A DNA stretch of 64,000 nt. Origin: Podarcis cretensis. Taxonomy: Eukaryota. Each line of letters begins with the position of its first letter. The first letter of the stretch is position 1. The notes beneath the pieces were generated by a model. That model was not told the DNA's origin. It saw only the letters and a list, made by a program, of their open reading frames with translations, and searched no databases. The DNA is taken from positions 51,150,001-51,214,000 of the forward strand of contig OX638150.1 of NCBI GenBank assembly GCA_951804945.1. The letters are read 5' to 3'. Below are positions 1-13,363 of the stretch, in pieces. Position numbers and translations under genes: made by a program.

Positions 1-304
1 TGCCCGACAGGGTTGTTGTGAGAATGAAATGGGGAGATTAAGAGCCCACCACTCTGAACTCCCTGGAGCAAAGGTGAGATACAAATGTAACAATAAATGA
101 ATTAAATGCAAACAGGGTTGTACAAGGGGTAGCCCATCCACGAGGATGCGAGGCTGGAGGGAAGCAAACACTTTGATGAATCTGGTCTCCATTTAATGCT
201 CACCTTCCTCCACAGGACCTGGGTGAGCACCTTTACTCAAAACCCCAAACCCCACAATAGGGTAAAACAGAGATCGGGGAAACGGTCTCAGTTCCTTCTC
301 AAAA

Positions 305-445
305 CAAGAGCATGCTGGATCAGGCCAGTCTAGTATCCCAGGATCCTGTTCTCATAGTGGCTGATGCAAGGAGGGCCCAAGCACAAGTGTAGTCTCCCCT
401 CCTGCGGTTTCCAGCAGCTGACATTCAGAAGCATGGCTGCCTTCT
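305..445 (+). mobile_element. Ancient interspersed repeat, CR1-3'UTR/SINE-like (relatives at ~2030-2160, 16790-16930, 42270-42380, 57050-57200)
   Basis: Recurring motif aagagc.tgctggatcaggcca...ctagt.ccagcatcctgttctcacagtggcc on both strands. Confidence 0.55.
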
Positions 446-1420
446 CCTTCTTTGCCACGTATTAGAAAGAGCTGCCCCTGCGTTGATTCTCCTTCCATTG
501 CAGTGACTCAGTTGCCAAGAGATAGAATTGCAGCAATGCAGGGGAGGGCTGCTCTCTGTAGCAGCTGGGGGTGCGGTGATCCCATCCCCAACCCTCTTTC
601 ACAACACACACCCTTGAATTTGGCTGAGTTTTAGGAGAGGGTGGAATTCCCAAAGTGGATCTTAGGCAGAAGATCAAGAATGATTCAGGATTCCGCCCAC
701 CCAATCCAATGTCACCCTTTCTCCATGACAAGGCAGGCCCACAGGCTGCATACTGGTCTGACGTGATCACACACAAGGAACTGAAGGGTTCCCCGTGTTA
801 TGTCGCTTGGCTCTTGGGTTAAAACATACACACGGGACTTTGTAACAGGAAGAAAATTTGTATGTAATATATTTTTAAAAACAACTGAAATACTAAAGAG
901 CCTGACCGTACAAGCAAAGGGTGCTGTGGACAGGAATACAACTTTTACAAGTCTGTTGTTGTACAGCACTTGACCACACATCACATGCACCCATGGGAAT
1001 CAGAGGGCACATTGATAACACACAATGTGTTCTCTACTGTAACTCACAGACCTTGGGGGAGAAATTAGGTTGAGGAAATAGTGGTGAGGGAGGACAAGTT
1101 ACCTCTTCACTCTCTGCATCAAGATGGCTAGTCATGGATCTCATCCCTTTGGTCCTTAGACATCTCTCACACAAGGGCTGCGTACCAAAACTAAAGTGAC
1201 AGGTAGCCAAGCTTTGGAATCAGCTTGCAAGCACCTGCAGGGAGTCTGGGAATAATGTAGGCCAGAGTGGCCACACTAGCCCTGGCTTTGATGTCAAACA
1301 GGTCACCCTCTTTCCTAACATGTTGGGTGTTTAAGCACCCAAGGAGTCCAAATGCACCACTGCACCAGAGAAGATTTCCCATAACCTATGGTCTTGTTAG
1401 TCACATGCTTGGAGCTGACC

Positions 1421-1761
1421 CAGGGTCATAGGAAGGGGGTGCAGGGGTGCGGTCCGCCCTGGGTGCCATCCTTGAGGGGGTTACAAAATGGCACACCATG
1501 GGGGTCGGCCCTTACCATGGGGCCTGGCTTGCAGTGCGCCCGAACCACATCTCTCTCCTGGGAGTGACATGGTGACACAGTGGCTCGGGGCCCCGCACTG
1601 CCCAAAACGGTAGTGTGGGGCTTGTGTCTGCCAGGCAGACTCCGTGGGCAGCGTACCACACCGAGCCACCCCTTTGGGCGGATCACTGCAGTGCTCCCTT
1701 GCAGTGCCCCCGTGCTCAGATTGCTCTGCCCCCGCCGCTCTGGGTGCTAGCTACACCCCTG
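1421..1761. mobile_element. GC-rich non-autonomous hAT-like element
   Basis: Right end ctagctacacccctg; left part ggggtgcaggggtgcggtccgccctgggtg resembles the reverse complement of the 45.8/46.9 kb MITE end. Confidence 0.55.
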
Positions 1762-3215
1762 GTCTGTCCTTTCAACTCATATAAACTGGAGCGGGTAGTT
1801 GTCTCCACTCTGCTACAATCTATGAGTATGCTCAGGAAGTGAGTGACAGCTGGCTAGCAGAACCAGGACTGTAATGGAAGGATCAATATTCACGTCCAAT
1901 CATTCTCAGCAAGGATCCGCAAACGCACTCACTGTAGCCACCATTCAACAAGCACCCCTTCCCTCTCCTCTGACTTTCTGTTGCACTTTGGATGCACTCA
2001 GAACTTCTAAAAAGATCAATGGACAGGTAAGACTGCAAGAGAAATCCAGCAGGATCAAATCCAAGGTCCATCTAGTCCTGCATTCTGCTTCCCAGTGGCC
2101 AGCCACATGCCTCTTGAGAAGCCCACAAGCAGGGCATGAAGGAAATAGCCCACTCCCACCATAGCTCCCCAGATGGAACTTCACTTCTCATGCCAGGCCT
2201 GCAGCTTAGGCAACAGAAAGAGTCTCATCACCAACTTAATTCTGTTCTGCAGTTTGGAGGCATCACAGACATGACTCTCCCTTTTCCCCACATCCTCTGT
2301 GCACACTAGAGGACTCAGGGGAGGGACAAGACTAGTGGTGACCACAACATGTTGGCCAGATGCCAAGGCCACCCAAAATATGTGGGCCCCAACTTCTTTG
2401 TCAACATCAAATAAAAATATATATGAAAGTCTGGGCACAGAAGGGTTTTTAGGGGGTGGTGGAACCTTGGGCTGTTTGAAGGCAAGTAAAAGACAATCGG
2501 CTGCTCTAGTTGTACTTTTTATTGTGCATTCATGATGTTTTGTGCTCATGATGGTATCTGGACAGTTATACATAATTGTGCTTTCAATACTGTGTGTGCC
2601 TGCAAAAGTTTCAGGCAGATAATTTCCTTCCAACTGGTGCATTTCCCATAGTTTCCTGCTAAAATCCTGTAACTTTTCATACCACAAATGTTGTGTCCCC
2701 CCCCCCCATTTTTGTTGTGCTATAGCTATAGCAAAGAGTGCTCCTGTGGATGACAATGTGCTAACCTTGGGGTGCACTGGAGAACAACTAATAAAGTGGA
2801 ATGGCTCAGTATAAATCTGCCATCATCGCATCAACAACCTGTTGCAGAATACACACATACACAAATATCCCCACCAGTCTGGAGGGACCCAACAGCATTC
2901 TGCAGAAACTAACGACTATGGTTAAGTGAGGTCCATTAATTTTAACAGATCTACTCTGAATTAAACTTAGTTGAATAACCACCCACAGTGACTTATCATC
3001 AGGGTGTACTGTTAAAAGATGCCACAATCTATTCTTCTTAATGCATGACTTTCAAAGGCGAGGTCTGCTTGTTTCAAATGCTTAGCTCATTCATCCACAG
3101 TGATGCCAACTGGCTTCTATGGAAATGGGAGATACTATTAAGTACACAGACAGCAAAAGCTGTGATATTTTAGAGGGAGGTGAATATCTCTCAGGACTGA
3201 AGGGATAATGACCCA

Positions 3216-3265
3216 GAAACAAACAAACAAACAAACAAACAAACAAACAAACAAACAAACAAACA
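3216..3265. repeat. (AAAC)n microsatellite
   Basis: Direct reading, ~12 units. Confidence 0.97.
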
Positions 3266-3789
3266 GCTATCCCACCCATCCCCAGCCATTTTGAACAATA
3301 GATTTGTGGGTTCTGGTAAGAGTATGGAATCCCTTTTCCTGTCCTGTAAATATTTAAATAGCTGTAAGACAAGATGGGACAGCATAGTCTGAAAAGTATT
3401 AAGACAATAGATTTTTTATAAACCGCATCACAGGCTACATGTCTGCACTCTGGAACTCAACGGTCTAGGAGACAATAAGGGCATTTTAGCCGAGATTATC
3501 ACATTTGGGCTACTGGCAAAAAACTCAGCCAATCCTCTCCCCACCCCCACCCCACTGCACTTCTGTTGACAACCATCACTTGGGAGGTTAAGGTGGTGTG
3601 CAGGCAAGTGTAGGGAAGCAGGATGAGAGTCTTCACTCTGAAGAGCACAGTCCTGGAGCCTTTTCTTTGCCTTCTTTCTTTCGGAGAATCATTAAGAAAT
3701 CGAGAATGCTCAGCTGCACTCCTCAGTTATTCTCCTAGCTCCAGGATTGTGACACCCTGTCAGCATATAACACTTCTGCTCAAAAGATC

Positions 3790-4255
3790 TGAACTGGTTG
3801 CTGATTTGTTATTGCATCAAGTTTAAGGTGCTACAATGGATAACGGCTTGCTTGGGAGCAGTTTATTTTACTCCACATATGCCCGTTCAACTGTCCCCCG
3901 TCCCCCCCGAGGAACTGGAACTGTTCTGGGTGCTCCAACATACTCGTTCCACGCTTGCAAGATATGGGTCTTTAAGTGGGGCAGCAACTAAACTTGGAAC
4001 TCCCTGTCTACTGACATCAGGTAAGCATCTTCACTGTTTTCCTTTTGGTACCTACTTAAAACGTTTTTGCTTAAGCAAGCCTAGCCAGACACGGGGATAT
4101 TGACATGCTTTAATCTTTTCTTAGTCTGCTGTAATTTCAATTATCTTTTAAGTGCTTTTATAACTTGTTTTAAGCTGTTTTTGCTGATAAATTTAGTATT
4201 TCTCCTAAACTGCTTACAGGTTTTCTTAGGGTCAAGTGTTACGTAAATTTTGTTT
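3790..4255 (+). mobile_element. Degenerate L2-type LINE 3' fragment
   Basis: Remnants WLLICYCIKFKVL, ggcagcaactaaacttggaactccct and LKRFCLSK, followed by a T-rich 3' UTR. Confidence 0.55.
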
Positions 4256-6514
4256 AAAAACAAAACAAATTAGCACATGCAAATTTATGTCTATGAGCCC
4301 ATGTCTCAAATCTCTTAAGTCCCCAACATTGCTCCTGCATCTCACCATTATGAAGGGCATATTCAGTCCCATTTTACAGATGAAAGCACCAAACCTAGGC
4401 CACTCTTTATGTTCTTCGGCGTTTATATTTCATGAAGTGGATCATGCATTTCAAGATTAAGATTTTTCTCTGAGGGCTGGCTCCACTTTCTTCATGCTTG
4501 AAGGGACTCGCTCCGCAAGGGCACTAAGTGTACCATGTCTTAGCTGTGCTTCAGCAGCAGACCTTTTTTAAAATTAAAAAATGAACAATATATGCACATC
4601 AGGTTCGTTGCCTCTAAGCAAAGAATGCACATGATTATCTGCAGACTTGGCTCATGATATTTCAGAAGTGGCTTTCAGCACTCAACAAGTTCCCCCACTG
4701 GGGAAGCAAGGCAGTCAGAATTCCCAAGAAAAACATTGCAAGAGGCATTCCCTTATCAACAGTCAGCAGAAATGCTTCCTGCTTCAGGAGGGATGCGAGA
4801 ATGAAGCTGTGCCAAGCCCTTTGCCCAGCCTCAAGAGCTGGCTGAGTAACAGGATGCAGGCCCCAAGCAGAGCATGGGTTGGCCTCCAAATGCTCAACCA
4901 CTTACAAGTGGGGAGGAGATCACTTCGTTTCCATAGAGGAAGCATCACCCATCCTTTTACATGGAGGAAAAAGGAGAACCCTTGACCTTCAGAGGATCTG
5001 CAATGGGCTGATGAGTTTCCACAACTCTTTAAAACATTGCAGGTCCCAAGATCACACTGTCACTTTTTTGTAGGGCAGATCTGGAAATGGGGAGTTCACT
5101 CTCCTTCCTGCATCTCCAGCCATTCTGTGCCACCCCCTGCCCTGTAGGCAGGTTGGTACTGGCATTCTCCCTCCTGTCTAGCGAGGCTTCTCCACCCTAA
5201 AAAAATTGCAGCCCTCAGCAAAAGCCTATGGTGGACAAGTGCAGAAGAGGGTTTATTTATAGCCACAAATCATAGAAAGAAAAAACTTACTGAGACTGCC
5301 CCAGCTGCCCAGACTGCTGCTGGAATGTGTTCGCTGTATATAGAGGAGATATACATAGCATTTCCAGACACAAACAGTTAAGATTCCACTCTACATGAGT
5401 GTCCCACTTCATCGTGAGAGAGAGAGGTGAGAAGCAGAGAGGCATTGCCGCAGATGCTCTCCAAAAGAGGGGCCAAGAGGAATACACTTGTGACACAGCA
5501 CAGAAAACATATTACTATCATTATTGTCCTGCCCCCCAAGTTTTCAAAGCAAAAATTATAGTTCACTTCATTCTGCTAACTGTGGACAGAAGCAAGACTC
5601 CTTTAGTTTTTCTTCCAAGAGAAACACATTAGCGCTTGCAAAGCAATTGCACCTGCAAATAAGTTTTGTCATGCTTAAGTGTGTTGTGCCTCCTGCCACG
5701 ACTCCTTTCCTGCTTTGTTCCTCTGCTTATCTTTTCCTGCATGTACTGAAAGCAGGTCAAGAACTACACAGGAATGAGCAAGGGCCACAAGAGGGGAAGA
5801 TCTGCACAGCCCACGTTCAGGACAGTAGCCACAGCTGCAGTATTCAAAGGGTGGAAGCTAACGGGAGGCACGAGCACAGACTTCTAGAGAGCCACACCGT
5901 GAGCCCACCAAGAGCCACTCCAAGTCAAGAGCAGTGCTCTAGAAGTCAACTCTAGCTGAGTTCTACCCACACTGGCCTTCACACAAGTGCCTCTCTGCAT
6001 AGCACCAACAGCTCAAATGCCATTCCTTAAGCAGCTACCACAAAGGTAGCATTGAAAAACTAGCCCAGAGACAGAGAGGAAGAGAGAGGGACTCTGGCCA
6101 GTGTAAGAAACTGAGATATGAAAGCCAGGAGCTAGATGGCACCTTAAACCTAGGTTATGGGTGCAACAACTGAATTTCTAGGCACGCTTTTTTATAACAA
6201 GAATACAAAGCTGAAAATGAATGAACTGCAGCTAAAATATGTTGTTCGTTTTTCACATGGTGTGGTCCTTCCCCTGCCCACCCCACCCCCCAATATTCTT
6301 AAGAGAGTCTCTTCTCCAATCTTCAGAGGAGCTTGAAGCCGGGAGACACATGTCAAAAGTCAAATCTTGTGCATCATCAACTGACATGGTGTGGTGACCA
6401 CCACGTGATCGAGTCTAGACAGATCAATTAAGACTGGATTCTTGTGATTTTTGGTGCTACCAAAACCAAGCTCATGTTCAACAAGACCCTTGTGCACCCA
6501 AAGTTACTTGCTGA

Positions 6515-6740
6515 TTTTTTATTTACTCCGTTTTTACTTTGATGATTCTTCCTAGAAGCTCAGGATGGCATGCAAGGCTGTTCCTCTCCCATTTAATCCT
6601 CACAAGCAACCTTGTGAGGTAGGCTAGGCTGAGAGAAGGAAGGGGAGACTGACCCAGAGTCACCCAGTGAGCTTCGTGGCCAAGTATTTGAACCTGTGTC
6701 AACTTGCTCCTAGTCCAGCAATTTAGCCACTAAGCCACTA
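6515..6740 (-). mobile_element. Older MIR/CORE-like SINE (related copies at 1-105, 21300-21410, 22290-22480, 28995-29095)
   Basis: Shared motif ttt.atcctcacaacaaccctgtgaggtagg...cccagagtcacccagtgagc. Confidence 0.7.
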
Positions 6741-7049
6741 TAAGGTGAGTAATGCCTCTCCAAAACAGCACAGCGATTTTAAAAGCACATATGTCCTGAT
6801 ACAGTCTATTTAAAGTGATTCATCCGCTTTCCCTCTCTCCACCACATGGAACACAAGAGGCTTCTCTCAACAGAATACTGTCTAATAACAGAGAAGGCTG
6901 CAACCCAGGGCACGCTGATTTGGGAGTAAGTCTCCCTGAACACGCGGGATTTGCTTCCAAGGAGACACGCACAGGATGGGGCCCGAAAGCATGCCGATGT
7001 GTGTGTACAGTTCACAATTAAACAGCTCGCGGTGGTGTCTTGCACATGG

Positions 7050-8340
7050 GGAGTAAACAAAACAATCCCTCCTGGCCGTGATCGTTCTTACATTAGGTCT
7101 TAGGTCATCCTCGCTATCGGTGGAGTAACAGGGAAGAAATAATGAAGTCTGGAGGGAGCCAAGCAGATTTTTCCAGCGCAATTTGGCAGCCGCGCGCGCC
7201 CACCTCCAAGCGCCCGGGTTACACAAAGCCCCATTAAGACAATGCCATTTACTAACCATTTTGGGCGCGTACATCTAGCTTGTGTTATTTCTTTCTTTAA
7301 TGTCTATCTCACGCAAAAGCGCTTTTCACCATAGATCTAAAGCTGTCCTACGATTATTCTCACACTTAAAAATATATAGATCAGAATCCCATTTGACCAC
7401 CCACGTTCAAGCTTTCCAAACACTACTCCATGGAAACAAAACTGCGATCACGTCCCCCGCCCTATCGATTTCTAACCTCTCTCCGCCCCACCCCACGTTG
7501 AAGCACACAATGGTATATCCCCACGCGGAACGTGCCGTGAATGTGAGCACGCGTGGGCGTGGCACGCTTCATCTTCTGATCAGAATATCGACCGAGGCAC
7601 AAATCAGCAGCGCGCGAGCCGCGACGGATAGCATGAATTAATATGGCACGCTCCGTCGAGCGAGGCTTTCTAGAGAACAGGTCTCATTTGCATGGGGAGA
7701 TCTCCCCTAGGAACCGGGCAATCAGGAGCAGCTGACGCTACAGGGCTAAATAAACCGAAGATCTCGCCCCGCCAGGGGGTCCCTCGAGGGCCCTGCCCTC
7801 GCCAGCTTCCCAATTACGCGACAACAAGTGTTCGCCCCATCCGGAGCAAGCGGGCCCCGTTCCCCGACAATCCGATCAGACGCCCCCCACAGCATACCAG
7901 CCCCACTCCAGATCCAAACGACCGGATCGATACAGGCAGCCGCCATCTGGGCGTTCTGCTTACCGCTGAGCCTGTCCATGGTCCAGGGCATTAATGGGCG
8001 AAGGAGAGGCGGCTGTTCTCGTGGCGCCCGATTCGCTCCGCGGAGAAGACGCTCGCTCTGCGCCCCCCTGGCGAGCGCGCTCGGCTCAGGCGCGGACCAG
8101 CCAGATGGATGCGCCCGGCTCCTCCGGCACACAAACGTCAACCTTTAAACCGGCTCCCGCAGATCGCGCAGTCCCTCCCCGCCGCTTCCTCCGCGTCAGA
8201 TACAGGGTCTTAGCGCCCTTCCAGCAGGACGCGCCGCTCCTCTCCCTTTGCTGGGCGAGCCTCCGCTGGGACAGGGGGCTCGGCTCCAGGCGCTCACCCC
8301 GCCCTTCCGGATCAGGTGCGGCCATCGGTATACAATGACA
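7050..8340 (-). promoter_or_regulatory. AFAP1L1: CpG island: promoter, 5' UTR and start of intron 1 of AFAP1L1
   Basis: The only strongly CpG-rich stretch in an otherwise CpG-depleted window; GC box CCGCCC at 8299-8304, TTTAAA TATA-like element at ~8144-8149, octamer ATTTGCAT at 7686-7693. Confidence 0.85.
7964..7979 (-). CDS. AFAP1L1: First coding exon of actin filament-associated protein 1-like 1: ATG GAC AGG CTC AGC G = MDRLS + 1 nt
   Basis: Strong Kozak (accATGG) and |gtaagc donor inside a CpG island. AFAP1L1 lies directly downstream of ABLIM3 on the same strand in amniotes and, as I recall, begins MDR.. with a short first coding exon. Exon 2 was not found in 1-7963. Confidence 0.85.
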
Positions 8341-11300
8341 GCAGCCTCAACAGCCCTGCTGAAGGGAAAGGCCCGCCTTTCTCTCTCTGTCTTTCCCCAA
8401 ATCCTTTGCCACAGTAGCCTCGCAGTCAGCTGCTCCCAGTTCCAGGTCTGCGCTCACTTGGGCACCTCCTTGGTCTTCTCTTGCCCCATCGATTGGTGCC
8501 CCTCAGACACAGACGCTCACCCGCACCTTTACCAGTCTAATTCTCTTTCTCCCCCTCATGCTAGGGTAGCTTTGCATCCATTTCTTTGTTTTATTTAATG
8601 GGCAGCCAGACGCCAAATAAGGAAAAATAGGCAGTCCAAAAAGTTCATTTGTGCTGTTCAAAAAAAAATTTGCATGATCTTAAGTCAGTGATTCTCAAAC
8701 TGCGGTGGACTGGCAATTCACCATCCCCTGCAATGTGACATGGATTGGTACCATATTTGGTCCTGAAACAACCCACACAATCTGGGCTGTGGTGGAGTCA
8801 CCAGAGACCAGCGGCCAATGGCTTGCAGACAGGCTCTGGTCCACGGACCAGCTCTTTGAGTTAGGTGAAGTAAAAAAAAAAACAAAACAAAAAAAAAACA
8901 CTGTGAAAAGTAAATTAAGTAGCCCAGGTTCCCCTAGAACCCTGGAGCCTGATTGAGCACAGCCGTTTCTCCTTGCGCTGCCCAAGGTCCTCCCAGCACT
9001 CCACTGCTATTCTTCACAGAGTATCCACCAATGCTTCTAATAGGAACGATGTAATTCCTTTCCTGACATGTCACACGAAGTTGTCAGTGTCACGATCAGG
9101 GTGACAATGTGAGAAATATCCGATGTTGCATTCTTCACAGGGACCTTATTGGGGAAAAGCTACATAAAACATTCAAACCTAAAAGTGTCATCACAGCACT
9201 TCTTAAGTTTTCTTCAATATCCCTCATTCCAAATAAAGCTTTTTTGGAGTTCGTGATGCCTCTTGGGTAAGTCTTGACCATAACACAGTTCCGCGTTGGT
9301 GCTGTCAAATTCTCAGCTCTGAGAATTTTCTCCCACTCTCTATAGGTTTCTGAATGTGATTCTTAAGCAAGAAGGCATTGTGCACACAGGAGAAAAATGC
9401 ACAGGGTGAACTAAACTACAATCGCTCCTAGGCAGTTCTAAAATTTCCTCTTCTCTCCAGATGCCTGCTATGTGATGTATGTAATAAAGAGATACTATAT
9501 TTCAATAAAGTTGCCTGTTTCTGATATCAGTAACTGTGTGAGGTTGCTTTGTTAATTTTTCAGCTAATAGTGATCCCCAGTTGTTGGTAGCATAGATCTA
9601 GAGCACTCTCTCTTGTGCTTATCCATTGTTTTGCTATTTCTAGTCATGCTGCCCCCAACATGGAGACAATTCTCTACGGAGTAACTCATTTTCTCCATCA
9701 GATATGAACATACTGTTCCATTTTGGATCTCCTGGACGACAGAAGCAAAATTAGAAGGGCTGATGGTGAACCCAAGAGCAGGTCATGAGGAATGGCCAGG
9801 TATATTAGTGTTCAGGTCCAAAATAGTGTGTCCTTGTTCAACTGATAAATACTAATAGAAAATAATTAATAAGGTCAGAGTCTTTGGGAATAGACAATCT
9901 ATAGTTTCCTTTCACAGGGGTGGTCTTCAACTTCAACTGTTTCAACTTTCATCATCCGCCTTCATTCTTGCCAAATCTGCTCTGGAAGGTTGGGGGGGGG
10001 CAGAACAGTTTTAGAAAGTGTATGGAGGGAGGGGGGGGGTCCTGTTGCACAAGCATAACTTAGTGCTACATTAGAGGCAAACCATAGTTTTTCTAACTTC
10101 CCCATAGCATGTAAAGTGAAATGCTTCAGAAGTTCTTTTTCATTCATTCATTCCTTTGACCAAAAGAAAGCAGTCACCACCATACCTCTGGGATGTGATT
10201 CACTGACCACTCAGCTTGGTGTAGGCTCACCAAATCATGTCTCCCCGATTTGTTTGATGGCTTGTCGCAACCTCGAAAGCTTTTTCACTTTGTGGCCAAT
10301 CCTATTAACCTCACCCTCAGGCTAGGCGGTGGTCCAGGCATCCTGTTGGCCCATGAATCAGAACTGGAGGGTAAAAGTTCAAGCCTGATGTTAATTACAG
10401 GTGTGAATGGCTGTTCTCAGTGGTCAAATTGTCAAGTTAAAAGTTTTCAATTGCATTTTTCTTCCTTTGCAATAGTTTTATTCACCATCCTGTTTAAGTA
10501 ATGATAGATTATATTACACACAAAAAGATGTATTACATGAAAAACTGGCTTTCTTAGAGTCTTGCTAGCCACTGGTTTTTGGATTCATTTTGCTAATGTT
10601 CCCAGCAGAATGAGGCTTTCTCAGGAGATTAATATTTTGATTCAAGGTGCTTGTACGCAAACCCTAGAACTAGCAAGGGAAGGTAGGGTCTTTGGCTGCA
10701 TACACATTGCCATTTCCTCGTGTTTCCCCTGTGCTCATACCCCTTGGTTTTGAAACTGTGCACACAACATCAGCCACATTCCAGGTCTCTGCTGCAGTTT
10801 CTGGGGAAATACTGCTGTCTGAGGCATTTTCCAAAACGGCTTTGATCCAATTGAAAAACTTAAGACAAATTCATATTGCAATTAAGCTGGGGTGTGTAGA
10901 CATTTGAGACAGCCATCATGCAAAGATCACATTTGCACCTGTTGCTTTGCTCAATTTTGCCTCCAGCCCCACCCAGCACTGGCATGTGGCCCCTGGAAGG
11001 TTGTCCAGTAGGGAATGCGGCCCTTGAAATGAAAACTGTGTCCCATCTCTGGCTTATTCCATTCACCATGGCTTAATAAGCCCCCATTTAGTGCTAATTT
11101 ATCTAGTAATCAATGACTAATATATATTGTCTTGCTTCTTAAGCAACCCTGTTCTGCTGATGGGGCTTGTTATCCTGCTTTGTTTTTGTCTGAGTGCAGG
11201 AGACTCTTTCCCTGTATAAATCTTTCCGCTCTGAGTTGAAGCTAAAGGGAACAGAGCAAAAATGCTGCAGTAGAACCTCATCCCAATAGTAGAGCTGATG

Positions 11301-13319
11301 GTATGGGAGTGTGCATGAGTGCATTCAGGGGAGGTATTATTAGAGGGAAGCAGCTCTTATCTAAAACTAAGGTCCCCCCCCCTCTTATGTTTGTAACAAA
11401 CAGCAGATCTTCCTGATGAGCTAGCATTTAGAAATCCTTTTTCCACACACTTTGCAGTATGTCATCATAGCTGCTACTTGATAATTTGCAAAAGGAACCA
11501 TTCTCGTGATTTTTTAAAAATAAAACATTGTGGAAATGTGCTGTGCTTCAGAGCCCATGTGGTTAATTCAAGTTCCAGTCCAGATCTCAACAAAGTAAAT
11601 AACCATGTACCCAACAGTGTTTTGTGCACAAAGTACCTGTGCTATCCATATATTTAAGAGAAGAATTTAGACAGAGCAGCAGTGCAGTCCTATAGTTGGT
11701 TCAAAGTAAGTCTTGCAGAGTTGAGTGAGGCCTGTTCCCCTGTTAAGAGTTCTTAGAACTGCAACATCAACAATGCTTATATTTCCAGATTATAGTAAAA
11801 GTGTGCAGTATACAGCTTTGGAAATGTGTGTGAGAACAGTGTCTTGTCTCAGTATCCCAGGACGACATCACTTGATTTCTTAATTCTTCATTATTTGCTG
11901 CTGAACATTGTTATCCAAGTCCATGGAAAAGTGTTCGCAATGTTCAATTTATTTGTAACCCTCCACCTGTAGAGATCACAGGGCAGTATTCAAACAATGC
12001 AGCAGCCCAATCACATCTGGAGAGCCACAGGTTCCCTCATCCCTGCTGTACACCCTGTAAAGTTCTCAGTTGAACCAAATCAAATCAAACTTTTTCAAGC
12101 TGAGAATTTGAATCCATCAGCAAATGCACAAATCTAAATTTCCATAAAGTAAATTCACAGAGATGGGAAAATAATGGCAGTTTAAGCCTCTGCATCTAGC
12201 ATTTTTCACCTATTTAAACAGGAATGAATCTGTTTCTTATTCCATAGGCATAGGAAGAATATTTACTGCTCTGTTTATCATCCTTTCATCCACACAATAA
12301 CAATACACATTATTATTGTTCCCCATCTGAGCTAAAAGGCCTCTCTTACCCCAAAACTGAATGGTTTATCTAGAACTTCAATCCCACTCATCAAGATTCA
12401 TTTTCCTTCAGTGGGCTATATCCTGGAAATTGTTTAGAAAATGAAAAGCATTCAAGAAGTACCAAGCACTGTTACAACTTGAAGTCCTTTGAGTGGAAGC
12501 TCTAAATAGCTCTGTTGCTGTTGTTTTACATCACTGCAGAGGGCAATTTACAGTCATGGTTGGGAACCTCCAACCCATGGGCCTAATTAGGGCCACCAAG
12601 CTTCCACATTTGGCCTGTTAGGCTAATCCACCTGCCCTGTATCTGACATCATCAGCTGTGGAGTGACTAAAGATGGGCCTTGCCTGAAAGGGGTTTTTGC
12701 AGGCACTACCAGTCATTTGATCAGTAGAGCCTGTGAAATCCCATGCTTTACTACTCCTCTCCTTACACCCTATACATCCCACTGATGCAATTACTGAGCC
12801 AACATTTGTGACTATCAGGTCATTGCATGACAGCACTAAAGCTGAAGGATCAATTGTTACGTCCTCTCTTTTTATACCTGCTACTTCCTGATGAGAGATT
12901 TTTTTTTGTCCTCCCCTTGCACTTTCTGCTAAGGGTTACCTAAGGTAGGCAGCATCAGACAGCTTGATAAATGATCCCTAAGCCCAATGGGGTAACGAAC
13001 TACTAATCGCTTTCTCAGTTCACATTGGTTATCAGTGCAATTTCAATTTGCTATGTAATGGGTTTGCTCTTTCTTCGCTAAGCTGGAACAGGGAGATAAA
13101 TAATCTCCAACAACTCCAGTCCTGTTCCCCCCACCTACGCAGAAAAAAACAAAACGATGTATCTCTGTTACCTTGAAGCTAGCTGAAATTCTAGCATAGG
13201 AAAAGAAGGCTCACTCAACATGGATGGACATGCAATTGTTGATTCTGCTCAGAGTTTCAAGCTTTGTGACCCTGACCTTGCCATTACATTCCAAAGACGG
13301 GGAATGCTAATCAGGAATA

Positions 13320-13320
<1 letters not shown>

Positions 13321-13363
<43 letters not shown>
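13321..13363. repeat. (AAT)n microsatellite
   Basis: Direct reading. Confidence 0.97.

Noticed and set aside
1-7000. AFAP1L1 exon 2 or other coding exons
   Set aside because: I found no segment resembling the expected VL.QLLPEL-type peptide; treated as intron 1
7692-8598. Several 100-130 aa ORFs over the CpG island
   Set aside because: Stop-poor GC-rich sequence; only the 16-nt MDRLS exon has Kozak, donor and synteny support
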